Below, piece by piece: positions 36,892 to 46,119 of a stretch of 64,000 bases of DNA. The translations under genes and the position numbers were made by a program. The notes under the pieces are model-generated. The model was not told the DNA's origin and did no database searches. It worked only from the letters and a program-made list of their open reading frames with translations. The number at the start of each line of letters is the position of its first letter. Position 1 is the first letter of the stretch. Source of the stretch: a virus (lineage: Duplodnaviria > Heunggongvirae > Uroviricota > Caudoviricetes); the IMG/VR virus record IMGVR_UViG_3300046477_000062, positions 54,548-118,547 of that record; one strand, written 5' to 3'.

Positions 36892-38019
36892 ATGAGCAAG
36901 CAATATGATGTGGTGGTGTATCGCGGTCGATTCCAAGGTTTCCATAATGCGCACCTGAAGACGATCCTGATGGCGCTTCAGTTCGCCAAGAAGGTCATCG
37001 TCGTTGTCGGTAGTGCGAATGAAGCCCGCACGTACTATCGCAATCCGTTCTTTGAAGACGAGCGCATCGAGATGATCAAGGGCGCACTGTCGGATCACTT
37101 CCGTCACGAAGATGTGTCGTTCGTTTCGGTTCAAGATAACCCGAGCGATAGCGCATGGGCGGAAGATGTCGAGAACAAGGTTGCCACGCGTGTCAGTCGC
37201 CTGTTCGAAGGAACCGAAGGTGTCGTCAGCATCGCACAGATCGGCTTCAAGAAAGACGCCAACTGCGAACGCGATGTCAATCTGTTCCCGAATTGGGAAT
37301 ACATCGATACGCCCAACTTCGAACCGCTTGACGCTACGCATGTGCGCGAAGTTCTGTTCAGCATGAAGCCGCTTTCGTTCCTTGCTGGTGTCTGTCCGCA
37401 TTCGGTGATTCAATATCTCGAAGGGTTCCGCCAGTCGCAAACATGGTTGAACATGTTCGAAGAAAAGGTCTTCGTTGAGAACTACCAGAAGCAGTTTGCC
37501 GGTCTTCCGTATGCTCCCACGTTCGTCACTGGCGACAACGTAGCAATTCAACGTGGCCGCGTGCTTCTGGTGAAGCGCAAGGGTCATCCGGGTAAGGGTC
37601 TGTGGGCGCTTCCCGCTGGCTTCTTCAACGCAGCAAAGTATGTGAATGGCAAGGGCGAAATCGTCCCGGCTGATCGCGATCCGTTCGACTGTGCGACGCG
37701 TGAACTGTTCGAAGAAACGAATGCCAAGGTCACGCGTATCGAACTGGAAATGCGGGCGATTGCGAAGGAAGTGTTCGCGGCTGAAGGCCGTGATCCGCGT
37801 GGCCGCATCATCACTCATGCATTCGCCTACAACCTCGATACGTTGCCCGATCTTGAAACTGAAGCGGCTGATGATGCAGAAGAACTCGGTTGGTTCTTCC
37901 TCAGTGATCTTGATCCCCACACGATCTACGCGGACCACTACCAGATCATCAAGTGGGGCTTCCAAGAGTACTACAAGATCAGCAATTGGACCTTGCAAGA
38001 TCGGCTGAACCGCATCTGA
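36892..38019 (+). CDS. natV: bifunctional NMN adenylyltransferase / Nudix ADP-ribose pyrophosphatase (NadM-Nudix, NatV-like)
   Basis: GRFQGFHNAH (H/T-x-G-H) nucleotidyltransferase motif; Nudix box RELFEETN. Confidence 0.7.
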   Translation: MSKQYDVVVYRGRFQGFHNAHLKTILMALQFAKKVIVVVGSANEARTYYRNPFFEDERIEMIKGALSDHFRHEDVSFVSVQDNPSDSAWAEDVENKVATRVSRLFEGTEGVVSIAQIGFKKDANCERDVNLFPNWEYIDTPNFEPLDATHVREVLFSMKPLSFLAGVCPHSVIQYLEGFRQSQTWLNMFEEKVFVENYQKQFAGLPYAPTFVTGDNVAIQRGRVLLVKRKGHPGKGLWALPAGFFNAAKYVNGKGEIVPADRDPFDCATRELFEETNAKVTRIELEMRAIAKEVFAAEGRDPRGRIITHAFAYNLDTLPDLETEAADDAEELGWFFLSDLDPHTIYADHYQIIKWGFQEYYKISNWTLQDRLNRI

Positions 38020-38041
38020 ACAACAACTACAGGAACTACAA

Positions 38042-39397
38042 ATGTACATCTCGAACATCCATCTGACGCCGAACTTCGTCCTTGAATCGGACTCCTACAA
38101 GTTCTCGCACGTCCCGGAAATCTACCCGGAAGGCACGGAAGCACTACATGCCTATCTGTCGGCCCGCGTGAAGGGTCAACGTGTTGTCCAGTTCGGTCCT
38201 TCGATGTGGATCAAGAAGAAGCTGTTGTCCCCAATCACACTGGCGATGATTAACGAAGCCGATGACTTCATCTCGTCCCACATCGGCCCCGATGGGTTCA
38301 ACCGTAGGTTCTGGCTGCACATCCTGAACAACTACGGCGGTTGGATTCCGCTGACGATCCGTGGTCTGCCCGAAGGCACGGTCACGAACAGCACAGACAC
38401 GCTGTTGACTGTGCAGTGTGATGATCGCGCGGTGTTCCCGCTGGCCCAACACATCGAAGCCATGCTTCAGTCGGACCTCTGGTACAGCACGACCATCGCG
38501 ACGAACGATCTGGAAAACTACGAAGTTGCCAAGTCGCACTTCGATCTGTTCTCGGATCAACCGCACCTTCTGCCGTTCATGTTGCATGACTTCGGCGCGC
38601 GTGGTGTGACCTGTGAAGAACAGCGTCAGATTGGCGGTGCGGCGCACTTGCTGTTCTTCCAAGGTTCGGACACGATCAGCGGCATCCGTGCAGCGAATCT
38701 ATACTATGGCTGCGACATGGCCGCGTATTCGGTTCGTGCCACGGAACATAGCATTCAGTGTGCGTATGGTCCCGAAGGGCAAGAGACGTACATTCAACGC
38801 GTTCTGGACGCACATGCGAAGCCGGGTAACATCGTGTCGCTGGTTCTCGATGGCTACAACGTCTGGCGTGAGGCCGAACTTCTCTGTACGAAGTTCAAAC
38901 AGAAGATCATCGACAGCGGCGCAAAGATCGTGTTCCGTCCCGATTCGGGCGACATGTTCGAAGTGGTTCCGCGTCTTCTAGAAATGCAAGCTGAAGCGTT
39001 CGGCTACACGGTCAACAGCAAGAACAAGAAGGTGATCAACAATGTTGGTCTGATTCAAGGCGATGGCATCGACAAGACCACGTTCATGCTGATGATGCAG
39101 AAGGTCGTATCCCTCGGCTATGCCCCCGAAAGCGTCGTCATGGGTTCTGGTGGTGGTCTGCTTCAGAAGGTCAACCGCGATACCCTGAAGTTCGCACAGA
39201 AGGCATCGGCCATCAAGATCAATGGTGTGTGGCGCGACATCTACAAAGACCCGATCACTGACCCCGGCAAGAAGTCGAAGACCGGTTTGCAAGACGATCC
39301 GCGTTTCGTGACGTACTACACGGTCGATGAAGGTCTGGTCTATGACGAAAGTCTGGCGACGATCCGCGAACGTGCATTGGCTGGCGCTGCTGTGTAA
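38042..39397 (+). CDS. nadV: nicotinamide phosphoribosyltransferase (NadV/Nampt-like)
   Basis: DSYKFSH and other NAPRTase-family motifs; adjacent to natV as in vibriophage KVP40. Confidence 0.75.
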   Translation: MYISNIHLTPNFVLESDSYKFSHVPEIYPEGTEALHAYLSARVKGQRVVQFGPSMWIKKKLLSPITLAMINEADDFISSHIGPDGFNRRFWLHILNNYGGWIPLTIRGLPEGTVTNSTDTLLTVQCDDRAVFPLAQHIEAMLQSDLWYSTTIATNDLENYEVAKSHFDLFSDQPHLLPFMLHDFGARGVTCEEQRQIGGAAHLLFFQGSDTISGIRAANLYYGCDMAAYSVRATEHSIQCAYGPEGQETYIQRVLDAHAKPGNIVSLVLDGYNVWREAELLCTKFKQKIIDSGAKIVFRPDSGDMFEVVPRLLEMQAEAFGYTVNSKNKKVINNVGLIQGDGIDKTTFMLMMQKVVSLGYAPESVVMGSGGGLLQKVNRDTLKFAQKASAIKINGVWRDIYKDPITDPGKKSKTGLQDDPRFVTYYTVDEGLVYDESLATIRERALAGAAV

Positions 39398-39412
39398 ATT
39401 CCCAGATTTGGG

Positions 39413-39441
39413 TTGACAAGTTAAGGACCAACAGGTATGAT
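39413..39441 (+). promoter_or_regulatory. sigma70-like early promoter (TTGACA-N17-TATGAT) embedded in a terminator hairpin
   Basis: AATTCCCAGATTTGGG motif upstream of the -35; hairpin GGACCAACAGG/CCTGTTGGTCC plus TTTTT (39425..39461). Confidence 0.5.
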
Positions 39442-39478
39442 TCTGCCTGTTGGTCCTTTTTCATTTCAGGAGATTGCT

Positions 39479-39781
39479 ATGACGAAACGTACCCTCGAAG
39501 AACGCGTGAAGTTCGACTGTGGCTTCCTGATCGGCCACAAGTACGGCGTGCGTCTCGCGAAGAATGGCGTACAGTCGCGCTATGCGGTCGTATTCATCCC
39601 GCAACGTGGCCGTGCCCGTCTGGTCATCAAGACGCACCTTCATGGCAACGTGTACGCCATCAACACGTCGATGATCAAGGGTGACGATCTGGTGTTCCTT
39701 GGCTACTCCACGAAGCCCGCCGATCTGGACGAGTTCAATGAACTGATCGCGGACCCGGATTGCAAGGTCATCGAGTTCTAA
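39479..39781 (+). CDS. hypothetical protein
   Basis: SD AGGAG. Confidence 0.4.
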   Translation: MTKRTLEERVKFDCGFLIGHKYGVRLAKNGVQSRYAVVFIPQRGRARLVIKTHLHGNVYAINTSMIKGDDLVFLGYSTKPADLDEFNELIADPDCKVIEF

Positions 39782-39799
39782 AATTCCCGCGTTTGGGTA

Positions 39800-39828
39800 T
39801 TGACGAAGGATTCTCAAACATGTAGAAT
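39800..39828 (+). promoter_or_regulatory. sigma70-like early promoter (TTGACG-N17-TAGAAT)
   Basis: AATTCCCGCGTTTGGG upstream; leader CCTTTTCATCGAATCAACAACGGAG. Confidence 0.55.
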
Positions 39829-39861
39829 CCTTTTCATCGAATCAACAACGGAGTGCAGCAC

Positions 39862-40152
39862 ATGGCAATCACCATTCGCACCAACAACGTCCCGCGCAAT
39901 CCGGTCTACGGTTACGAACTGTCCGAGAAAGAGCGCAAGGAATTCGACTACATCGACGCGGAACACTTCGATGGTCACAGCTTCCTGCGCTACAAGGGCG
40001 AACTGTATGACCTGTCGGACTTCATGCGCGCAACGGACATCGCTGATCTGAAGGGTTGGGACGGCTACGCTTCGGATTCCTACTTCAGCGGCATCGTGAT
40101 CAAGTACGTTGACAACTTCGAACGTGTCATCGTCGGAACCTACATCTCCTAG
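39862..40152 (+). CDS. hypothetical protein
   Basis: ORF. Confidence 0.4.
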   Translation: MAITIRTNNVPRNPVYGYELSEKERKEFDYIDAEHFDGHSFLRYKGELYDLSDFMRATDIADLKGWDGYASDSYFSGIVIKYVDNFERVIVGTYIS

Positions 40153-40160
40153 AGAACTAC

Positions 40161-40505
40161 ATGAACCTGAAACAATCTCTTACGCCGGAACAACAAGTCG
40201 AAACGCACAAGGCGCTGGCCTATGTTCAGTACTTGTTCGTCAACGGCCTAAACCGCTACCGCTTCGTCTGTATCTGTCTTCAGGACTACTTCTATGGGTT
40301 CGAACCGAACGACCCGAGAAAAGATGATGACGGCCTGTTCGACATCGTTCAGGGATACATCGAACGGGTCTATCTCAAAGACAACAATACGGTCGGAGAT
40401 TTCCTCGGCACTCTAAATGGAATCGATGCGCGCGATGTTGATTTCGAAGAAGCGCGCCGGTTCCGTCTGAACATGCTGGAACAACTGTTGAAGGAACTCG
40501 CATGA
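40161..40505 (+). CDS. hypothetical protein
   Basis: ORF. Confidence 0.4.
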   Translation: MNLKQSLTPEQQVETHKALAYVQYLFVNGLNRYRFVCICLQDYFYGFEPNDPRKDDDGLFDIVQGYIERVYLKDNNTVGDFLGTLNGIDARDVDFEEARRFRLNMLEQLLKELA

Positions 40506-40867
40506 CCATCCGCAAAGTCAACTCCGCTGCACCAATTACCGAAGCCGATGCTGGCAAGTTCATCAATCGCGATACGATCTGGCGCGATGGCTTTTGTAGC
40601 CGTCCCGCACGCGTCACAAAGGTCGCAAAGAGTCGCGTCTACTACAACGACACGGCCCGCGTCCGGAACAACCGAGAGTGTGTCGGCTTCACCGTCGAAG
40701 AAGGCGAATCGTTCTGTAAGATGGATAGCATCAAGTTCCTCTGCGACACCATCGAAGAAGCCGCGAAGCTGGAAAAGATGTCGGAAAACCAAGTCCGGGA
40801 AATCAACGAATCGCGCAAGGTCATCATCGAAAAGTACAACAGACTTGTAGATTCTCTCTTGACATGA
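40502..40867 (+). CDS. hypothetical protein
   Basis: ORF. Confidence 0.4.
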   Translation: MTIRKVNSAAPITEADAGKFINRDTIWRDGFCSRPARVTKVAKSRVYYNDTARVRNNRECVGFTVEEGESFCKMDSIKFLCDTIEEAAKLEKMSENQVREINESRKVIIEKYNRLVDSLLT

Positions 40868-40887
40868 ATTCCCAAGTTCGGTAGAAT
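40859..40887 (+). promoter_or_regulatory. sigma70-like early promoter (TTGACA-N17-TAGAAT)
   Basis: Spacer TGAATTCCCAAGTTCGG. Confidence 0.6.
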
Positions 40888-40925
40888 TCTTCATATCGAA
40901 TTAACAACCCCGTAGGAGTTACGCT

Positions 40926-41171
40926 ATGACGACATTCGCAAACTGGTTCAAGACCTTCAACGAAGAAAAGGGCATCGACCCCGAGACGAACATCGAAGTC
41001 GAAGGTCCGAGTGGCACGAACTTCATGACGCTGGAAAACGTATTCGAAGCGATCCTCGCAACGTCGCCGTCCGAACAGGCCCAGATCAAGGCGATGATCG
41101 TGAAGATCGACTTCGCGAACGGCAACGTGGTCAATTATTACAAGCATCTCGCCAAGGCTATCGCGCAGTGA
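40926..41171 (+). CDS. hypothetical protein
   Basis: ORF. Confidence 0.4.
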   Translation: MTTFANWFKTFNEEKGIDPETNIEVEGPSGTNFMTLENVFEAILATSPSEQAQIKAMIVKIDFANGNVVNYYKHLAKAIAQ

Positions 41172-41359
41172 CAACAAAGATTTTGGCTGAGAAGAACGGG
41201 TGGATTTCGATCATCGAAGTCGAGAAATCCACCCCGTCATATCTCGTTGTGCGGTATGTGATGGATACCAAGACACGCAAGGTGTTCATCGCTGAACAAG
41301 GAAAAAAGTGGGACTTGTTTGAGAACGTCAAAGAAGCAACCCACTGGATCATAGAGTAA
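41168..41359 (+). CDS. hypothetical protein
   Basis: ORF. Confidence 0.35.
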   Translation: MTTKILAEKNGWISIIEVEKSTPSYLVVRYVMDTKTRKVFIAEQGKKWDLFENVKEATHWIIE

Positions 41360-41384
41360 TCAACTAAAGGAAGTAGAAAACAAC

Positions 41385-42440
41385 ATGAAAAAATTACTGG
41401 TAGGTATTTTGTTGTCCTTAGTAACGGTGATCGCATTCGCGTTGCCGTCTCCCCGACAGATCGAAGATGCATTGGCCGCTGGCCGCTACAACGATGCACA
41501 GTCGATGGTGTCGCAAGTCCTCAACGAACGGCCCGATTCGGCGCGTGCGCACCTGCTGAATGCGTATCTGCTGATCCATGTCAATCATGACAAGACAGCC
41601 GCCAATGCTGAACTCAACACTGCTTCTGGACTGGACCGCAACGGTGATGTCAAGAACAGTCCGCTGTTTGGTCGCGTCGTAGGCGAAATCGACACGTACA
41701 AGGCCGCTGCGCCGCCCGTTCGACAACGGACATACGAACAGACCCCTTTCGTGCAGCAAGCCGCCGTATCGCCTGTGGTGCAATCTCAACCGAAAGAAAG
41801 TGGTGGTCATGGTTTCCTGATCTTCGTTGTCCTGTTGGTGACTGGTGGTATCTGTGTGATTACCTACCTATTCATCCGTGGCGCAGACGAGCGTCGCAAG
41901 CTGGAAGCCTCTTATACGCCGTACACGTCATCCGGTAGCCGTCGATTGACGCAGACGCGTGGTGGTGGAACCTACAACGCACCGTACAATCCGCCGCCTG
42001 TGCCGCTCGATCCGTACCCGTACTCGTCGCCAGTGATTCATCACCAATCGGCCCCGGTCGTCGTGCAGCAAGCCCCGCAACAGTCGTTTGGTAGTCAAGT
42101 CGCAGCAACCGCAACCGGTGTCGTCGCTGGTGAACTGATTCACGACGCACTTGTTAGCAACAAGCATCATTCCCCGAAGTGGGAAGAACCTGTACGCGAA
42201 CGCGAAGTTGTTCGTGAACGTGATCCAGATTGGGGTTCGCCGTCGCGTACCGAATCCCCGGTGTCGTACAGCAACGAGCGTTCCTCGTTCTCGTCGGGGT
42301 CAGATGATAGCTGGTCGTCGCGTAGTTCCAGTAGTTCGTCGTCTTCCTCGTCGTGGGGCAGCGACAGCAGCAGTTCGTATGACTCCGGTTCCTCGTCGTC
42401 ATGGGATTCGGGCAGCAGTTCGAGCAGTTCCGACTGGTAA
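41385..42440 (+). CDS. membrane protein with a signal peptide, internal TM and poly-Ser/Asp C-terminal tail
   Basis: Signal peptide; TM GFLIFVVLLVTGGICVITYLFI; SSSSSSSSSWGSDSSSS tail. Confidence 0.45.
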   Translation: MKKLLVGILLSLVTVIAFALPSPRQIEDALAAGRYNDAQSMVSQVLNERPDSARAHLLNAYLLIHVNHDKTAANAELNTASGLDRNGDVKNSPLFGRVVGEIDTYKAAAPPVRQRTYEQTPFVQQAAVSPVVQSQPKESGGHGFLIFVVLLVTGGICVITYLFIRGADERRKLEASYTPYTSSGSRRLTQTRGGGTYNAPYNPPPVPLDPYPYSSPVIHHQSAPVVVQQAPQQSFGSQVAATATGVVAGELIHDALVSNKHHSPKWEEPVREREVVRERDPDWGSPSRTESPVSYSNERSSFSSGSDDSWSSRSSSSSSSSSSWGSDSSSSYDSGSSSSWDSGSSSSSSDW

Positions 42441-42478
42441 GCATCGGCTGTATTTCTTTCACAAACTTGTAATTACTC

Positions 42479-42507
42479 GTTGACAACGACCGGCATTGAG
42501 CGTACAA
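42479..42507 (+). promoter_or_regulatory. sigma70-like early promoter (TTGACA-N17-TACAAT)
   Basis: Upstream CAAACTTG motif. Confidence 0.5.
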
Positions 42508-42553
42508 TTCTTTGTGTCGGTTCTGAAACAAAAACACCTTTGGGAGTTTCATC

Positions 42554-42811
42554 ATGCAGTTCCGCACAACCGATGTTCATGGCCTGTTCGTGTATGATCT
42601 GTCCGACAGTTTTTCGTGGTCCGAGAAGGTCAAGGACTACTACAACGAAGGTGACGTGATCGATGTGGACTTTGACGTGGTGATCGAGACGCACTTCACC
42701 GCCGACTTCCTGAACGGAAAGCTGGTCGCAGTAGATGAAGAAGCGAAGACGTGGGCGGCACCACTGTTGCAAATGATGAAATCGCCCAAGGAAGTAGAAG
42801 AAGTACAGTAA
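42554..42811 (+). CDS. hypothetical protein
   Basis: SD GGGAG. Confidence 0.4.
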   Translation: MQFRTTDVHGLFVYDLSDSFSWSEKVKDYYNEGDVIDVDFDVVIETHFTADFLNGKLVAVDEEAKTWAAPLLQMMKSPKEVEEVQ

Positions 42812-42876
42812 CAAACAATCGTGGTGTTGAAGTAGATGAAACACCCTCCCACGACGCATTAGCGAAGGCGACCTAT

Positions 42877-43239
42877 ATGACTCAAATCACGTTTCAGTAC
42901 CAACTTAGCAGCGAACAAGCATATGACATCGAGTGCGGCTGCGGAACCATCGATGTGAATTACAAACTTGACGAAGTTGAACAGAAACGTGTGGTCGCGG
43001 AACAAGAGCACAACACCATCATCAGCGAAGCGAAAGACCGTGGCTTCGTCGTCATGACCCGCGAAGAAGCGGAAGAAATGAAAGACGACATCGAAGCCGG
43101 TGAATGTCTGGTCCAGATGATGCAAGAAGCGGCAAACCTCTGGGAATCGAACCCGGAAGAAGCGGCTAAGAAGATGACGCACGTCATGTTCCTGACGACT
43201 GGTAAGAAGCTTCAATTCGCTGGTGCAATCGCAGCATAA
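42877..43239 (+). CDS. hypothetical protein
   Basis: ORF. Confidence 0.35.
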   Translation: MTQITFQYQLSSEQAYDIECGCGTIDVNYKLDEVEQKRVVAEQEHNTIISEAKDRGFVVMTREEAEEMKDDIEAGECLVQMMQEAANLWESNPEEAAKKMTHVMFLTTGKKLQFAGAIAA

Positions 43240-43265
43240 TCAACAACAGAAGTAGAGAACTAGAA

Positions 43266-43568
43266 GTGTCGAATAACCTGATCAACAGTCCTGAAGCAAA
43301 GAAGCGTTTCAACAACAAGCTGTCGGAAATCTCGGCGTCCTTTACCCGCGTTGAAGCTGAACGCGATCTGGTGAAGACCATCGTGTCCGACCTCGCTGAA
43401 GAATTCCAGATCGACAAGAAGATCGTCAATCTGCTGGCCCGCACGTATCACAAGTCGGACTTCAAAGAGAAGGTCGCAGAGAAGACCGAATTCGAAATCA
43501 TCTACGAAACCATTACGGGTGAAAGCCCGGAAGCCGGTGATTCGTATAACGGCGAAGATGGCGAGTGA
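43266..43568 (+). CDS. acidic hypothetical protein (GTG start)
   Basis: ORF. Confidence 0.35.
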   Translation: MSNNLINSPEAKKRFNNKLSEISASFTRVEAERDLVKTIVSDLAEEFQIDKKIVNLLARTYHKSDFKEKVAEKTEFEIIYETITGESPEAGDSYNGEDGE

Positions 43569-43821
43569 GATGACGAAGTACGCAACCGAACAAGAAGCAA
43601 GTAAGGCAATCGCAGATAAGCTGGCGCAAGCGCAACAGTTGTTCCGCGAATGTGCCGCGATTGCCGAAGAAGCAAATGTCGAAGTACACACGGACATTCT
43701 TGGCCTCTGGGGAACGGGCGTCACATACATCCCGAAGTCCGAACGCGAGGAATGGGGTGAAGAAACCCAAGAACGTCTTGAAGAAGATGGCGGATGGATG
43801 GCATCCGCATCAAGCTGCTAA
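43558..43821 (+). CDS. paralog family member 1 (C-terminal GWMASASSC)
   Basis: Shares the KAIA-KLAQA helix, a G-x-Y-x-P motif and a terminal Cys with five other ORFs. Confidence 0.45.
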   Translation: MASEMTKYATEQEASKAIADKLAQAQQLFRECAAIAEEANVEVHTDILGLWGTGVTYIPKSEREEWGEETQERLEEDGGWMASASSC

Positions 43822-43851
43822 ACCACACGAAACAAACTGAGAACGACCAAC

Positions 43852-44202
43852 ATGCAACTTACTCGCGACGAAGCACAAATTTTCCTGAACATGATCGGCA
43901 GCAACGAAACGGTCCCCGACAGTTCGATGCCGATCCTCGATAAGATCAACTACGCGTTCCCGGACCTCCTTCGTGGAACGAAATATCCGAAGCTGCTTGT
44001 CGAGTGGCGTGCCAATCGCGAGAAGGTGAAGAAGTCGGCACTGGCACAGATCAGCGAACTGCTGGCATCGGCCAAGGAAAACGTCACGGAAGCCACGCGC
44101 ATCGCGAAGGCTGCTGGTGTCGGTTTCGAACTGTGCATCGGTGATCCCGATTACGGTTGCTACTTCGACCCGAACGAAGGTTGGAATTCCTCGAACTGCT
44201 GA
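43852..44202 (+). CDS. paralog family member 2 (C-terminal GWNSSNC)
   Basis: Same family; GVGFEL motif. Confidence 0.45.
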   Translation: MQLTRDEAQIFLNMIGSNETVPDSSMPILDKINYAFPDLLRGTKYPKLLVEWRANREKVKKSALAQISELLASAKENVTEATRIAKAAGVGFELCIGDPDYGCYFDPNEGWNSSNC

Positions 44203-44210
44203 GAACATTC

Positions 44211-44444
44211 ATGACGCAAATCACACAAGAACAGAAGCAAGAAGCGATTCAACTGATCGCAGAGCAAGTCAAGATCGCAGAAGAAGCACTCGCGAAGGCC
44301 GAACAGTTGGCGAAGGAAGCGCGGGTTGGCTTCGAATTCACGTTCGACGGCATCACTGGTTCGTATTACACGTATCGTCCGTATGGAAAGACCGATGCGC
44401 CGGTTGAAGGTTACTACGATGGCTGGCAAGGGTCGTCCTGCTGA
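44211..44444 (+). CDS. paralog family member 3 (C-terminal GWQGSSC)
   Basis: Same family; RVGFEF motif. Confidence 0.45.
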   Translation: MTQITQEQKQEAIQLIAEQVKIAEEALAKAEQLAKEARVGFEFTFDGITGSYYTYRPYGKTDAPVEGYYDGWQGSSC

Positions 44445-44755
44445 TGGACAAGCAATTCCTCGCGGAGCGCAAGAAAGCCGTTAAGGAAATTGCGCGACTG
44501 ACGGCACTTCAGAAGCAATGCATCGAAAGCATCGAAGAACTGGCTGACCAGTACGGCATCCGCGTTGAACTGGACCTTCCGGCAACGGGTTACAACGGCG
44601 ACGTGTGGTATGTGCCGAACCTGCCAGAAGAACTTCGAGAGAAGATTGACGCCGGTGAAGATGTTGACCTGTCGGGTACGGAATGGGAAGAATCCGCCGA
44701 ATTCGATTCTTATGGCGAACAACACGGCTGGAAGAACAGTTCGTCCTACTGCTGA
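44444..44755 (+). CDS. paralog family member 4 (C-terminal GWKNSSSYC)
   Basis: Same family; TGATG overlap with member 3. Confidence 0.45.
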   Translation: MDKQFLAERKKAVKEIARLTALQKQCIESIEELADQYGIRVELDLPATGYNGDVWYVPNLPEELREKIDAGEDVDLSGTEWEESAEFDSYGEQHGWKNSSSYC

Positions 44756-44758
44756 ACC

Positions 44759-45001
44759 ATGACAGACAAGATGACACAAGAAGAAGCCGCGAAGTTCGTA
44801 TCGGCTTTGGCTGAAAGTATTCGCACGACGCTTCGGACCATCGTTCAAGTTGCAGACGAACATGATCTGGATGTGAAGTTGCTGGATGAATTTGACAATT
44901 ACCTTCGTTACTACGGTCGCACATGGACCGAAGAAGATACCGTTGGCGGAATCGAGTACGTTCGAACCGGTGACGGCGGTTGGTATAGTTCACACTGCTG
45001 A
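44759..45001 (+). CDS. paralog family member 5 (C-terminal GWYSSHC)
   Basis: Same family. Confidence 0.45.
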   Translation: MTDKMTQEEAAKFVSALAESIRTTLRTIVQVADEHDLDVKLLDEFDNYLRYYGRTWTEEDTVGGIEYVRTGDGGWYSSHC

Positions 45002-45013
45002 GTAAAAACAAAC

Positions 45014-45943
45014 ATGATTATCATTGGTTCGAAAGCACTGGTAGCACACGGCATTCAAACGGGTCGCAAGTCGTTCGACATCGACGTGGTAGGCGAGTAT
45101 GACGAAATCGTTGACTATGCGAAGAAGTATCACGGCAACATTCGCGCGTGCTACCCGATTGATGAAGGCAAGAAGCTGGTAGTGAAGACGGACCGGACGA
45201 TCATCGAAGGTGAAATCACATGGGAAGGATCGAGCGCAGCGGCATTGCGTGACCTGATCCTTGCCGACCCCCGGACGATCCATGCGCGTGACTTTGTAGG
45301 CCATCGTTTCGCGTCTGTGGACGTGTGCTACATGCTGAAGATGTCGCATCGTTACCTGAAGGATTCGCCTCACTTCCTGAAGACGATGCGCGACATCAAG
45401 CTGCTTCGCGAGAAGGGCGCAACGATCCGCCCGGAACACGAAGCGTTCTATCAGCAACGGATGAAGGACACCTACGTCTACAAGCATCCGAAGCTGGATC
45501 AGTCGAAGAAAGACTTCTTCAATGGCGATGGCGTGAAGTACGTCTATGATCATGACAGCATCCACGAAGCAGTGAAGCATCTGATCAAACCGGCCTACAC
45601 GTTCTACAAGCCCGACGAGAGCGAAGTGAACTGTTCTCGTGAGATGTTTGACGCTGTGCCGCGCATCATCCGGCTGTATGGTGGTCTGGAAGAAGCCTAC
45701 GTGTTGGCGCTGGAACGCTCACAGATTCCGTTCGGTGATCTGTGGTCCCCGAAGAAGTCGTTTGACATGGCGCTGATGAAGGTCTGTACGTCGATCACAT
45801 CGGGCTGGTTCCGCGAATTCTGTTGGGAGCACTACGACGAGATTCAATCGCTTTATGACCCGGAATATGTTGAGAAGTTTTGGGCGAAGGCAATGGCGGG
45901 TGAAGTGAAGCCATACAATATCGAAGAAGACGTTTACGCATAA
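45014..45943 (+). CDS. putative pol-beta-superfamily nucleotidyltransferase (GS...DID motif), unknown specificity
   Basis: N-terminal IIGSKALVAHGIQTGRKSFDIDVV resembles the hG[GS]...DxD NTase motif. Confidence 0.4.
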   Translation: MIIIGSKALVAHGIQTGRKSFDIDVVGEYDEIVDYAKKYHGNIRACYPIDEGKKLVVKTDRTIIEGEITWEGSSAAALRDLILADPRTIHARDFVGHRFASVDVCYMLKMSHRYLKDSPHFLKTMRDIKLLREKGATIRPEHEAFYQQRMKDTYVYKHPKLDQSKKDFFNGDGVKYVYDHDSIHEAVKHLIKPAYTFYKPDESEVNCSREMFDAVPRIIRLYGGLEEAYVLALERSQIPFGDLWSPKKSFDMALMKVCTSITSGWFREFCWEHYDEIQSLYDPEYVEKFWAKAMAGEVKPYNIEEDVYA

Positions 45944-45951
45944 AGAATATC

Positions 45952-46116
45952 ATGAGCAAAGACATTAAAGCATTCCTCGCACTGGTTGGTGTTTATCTTG
46001 TCGTCCATGTCGTCCATGTCATCGGTGCGGCATTGGGATTCGACGAAAATGCAGTTTCGCTTGGCTACATCGGCGGAATCGTGGGAAGCTACACCTACAC
46101 GGCACTTCGCAATTGA
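45952..46116 (+). CDS. small two-TM membrane protein
   Basis: Hydrophobic 54-aa ORF. Confidence 0.3.
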   Translation: MSKDIKAFLALVGVYLVVHVVHVIGAALGFDENAVSLGYIGGIVGSYTYTALRN

Positions 46117-46119
46117 GTC

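Noticed and set aside
36664-38058. 464-aa − strand ORF
   Set aside because: Antisense to natV, which carries clear HxGH and Nudix motifs
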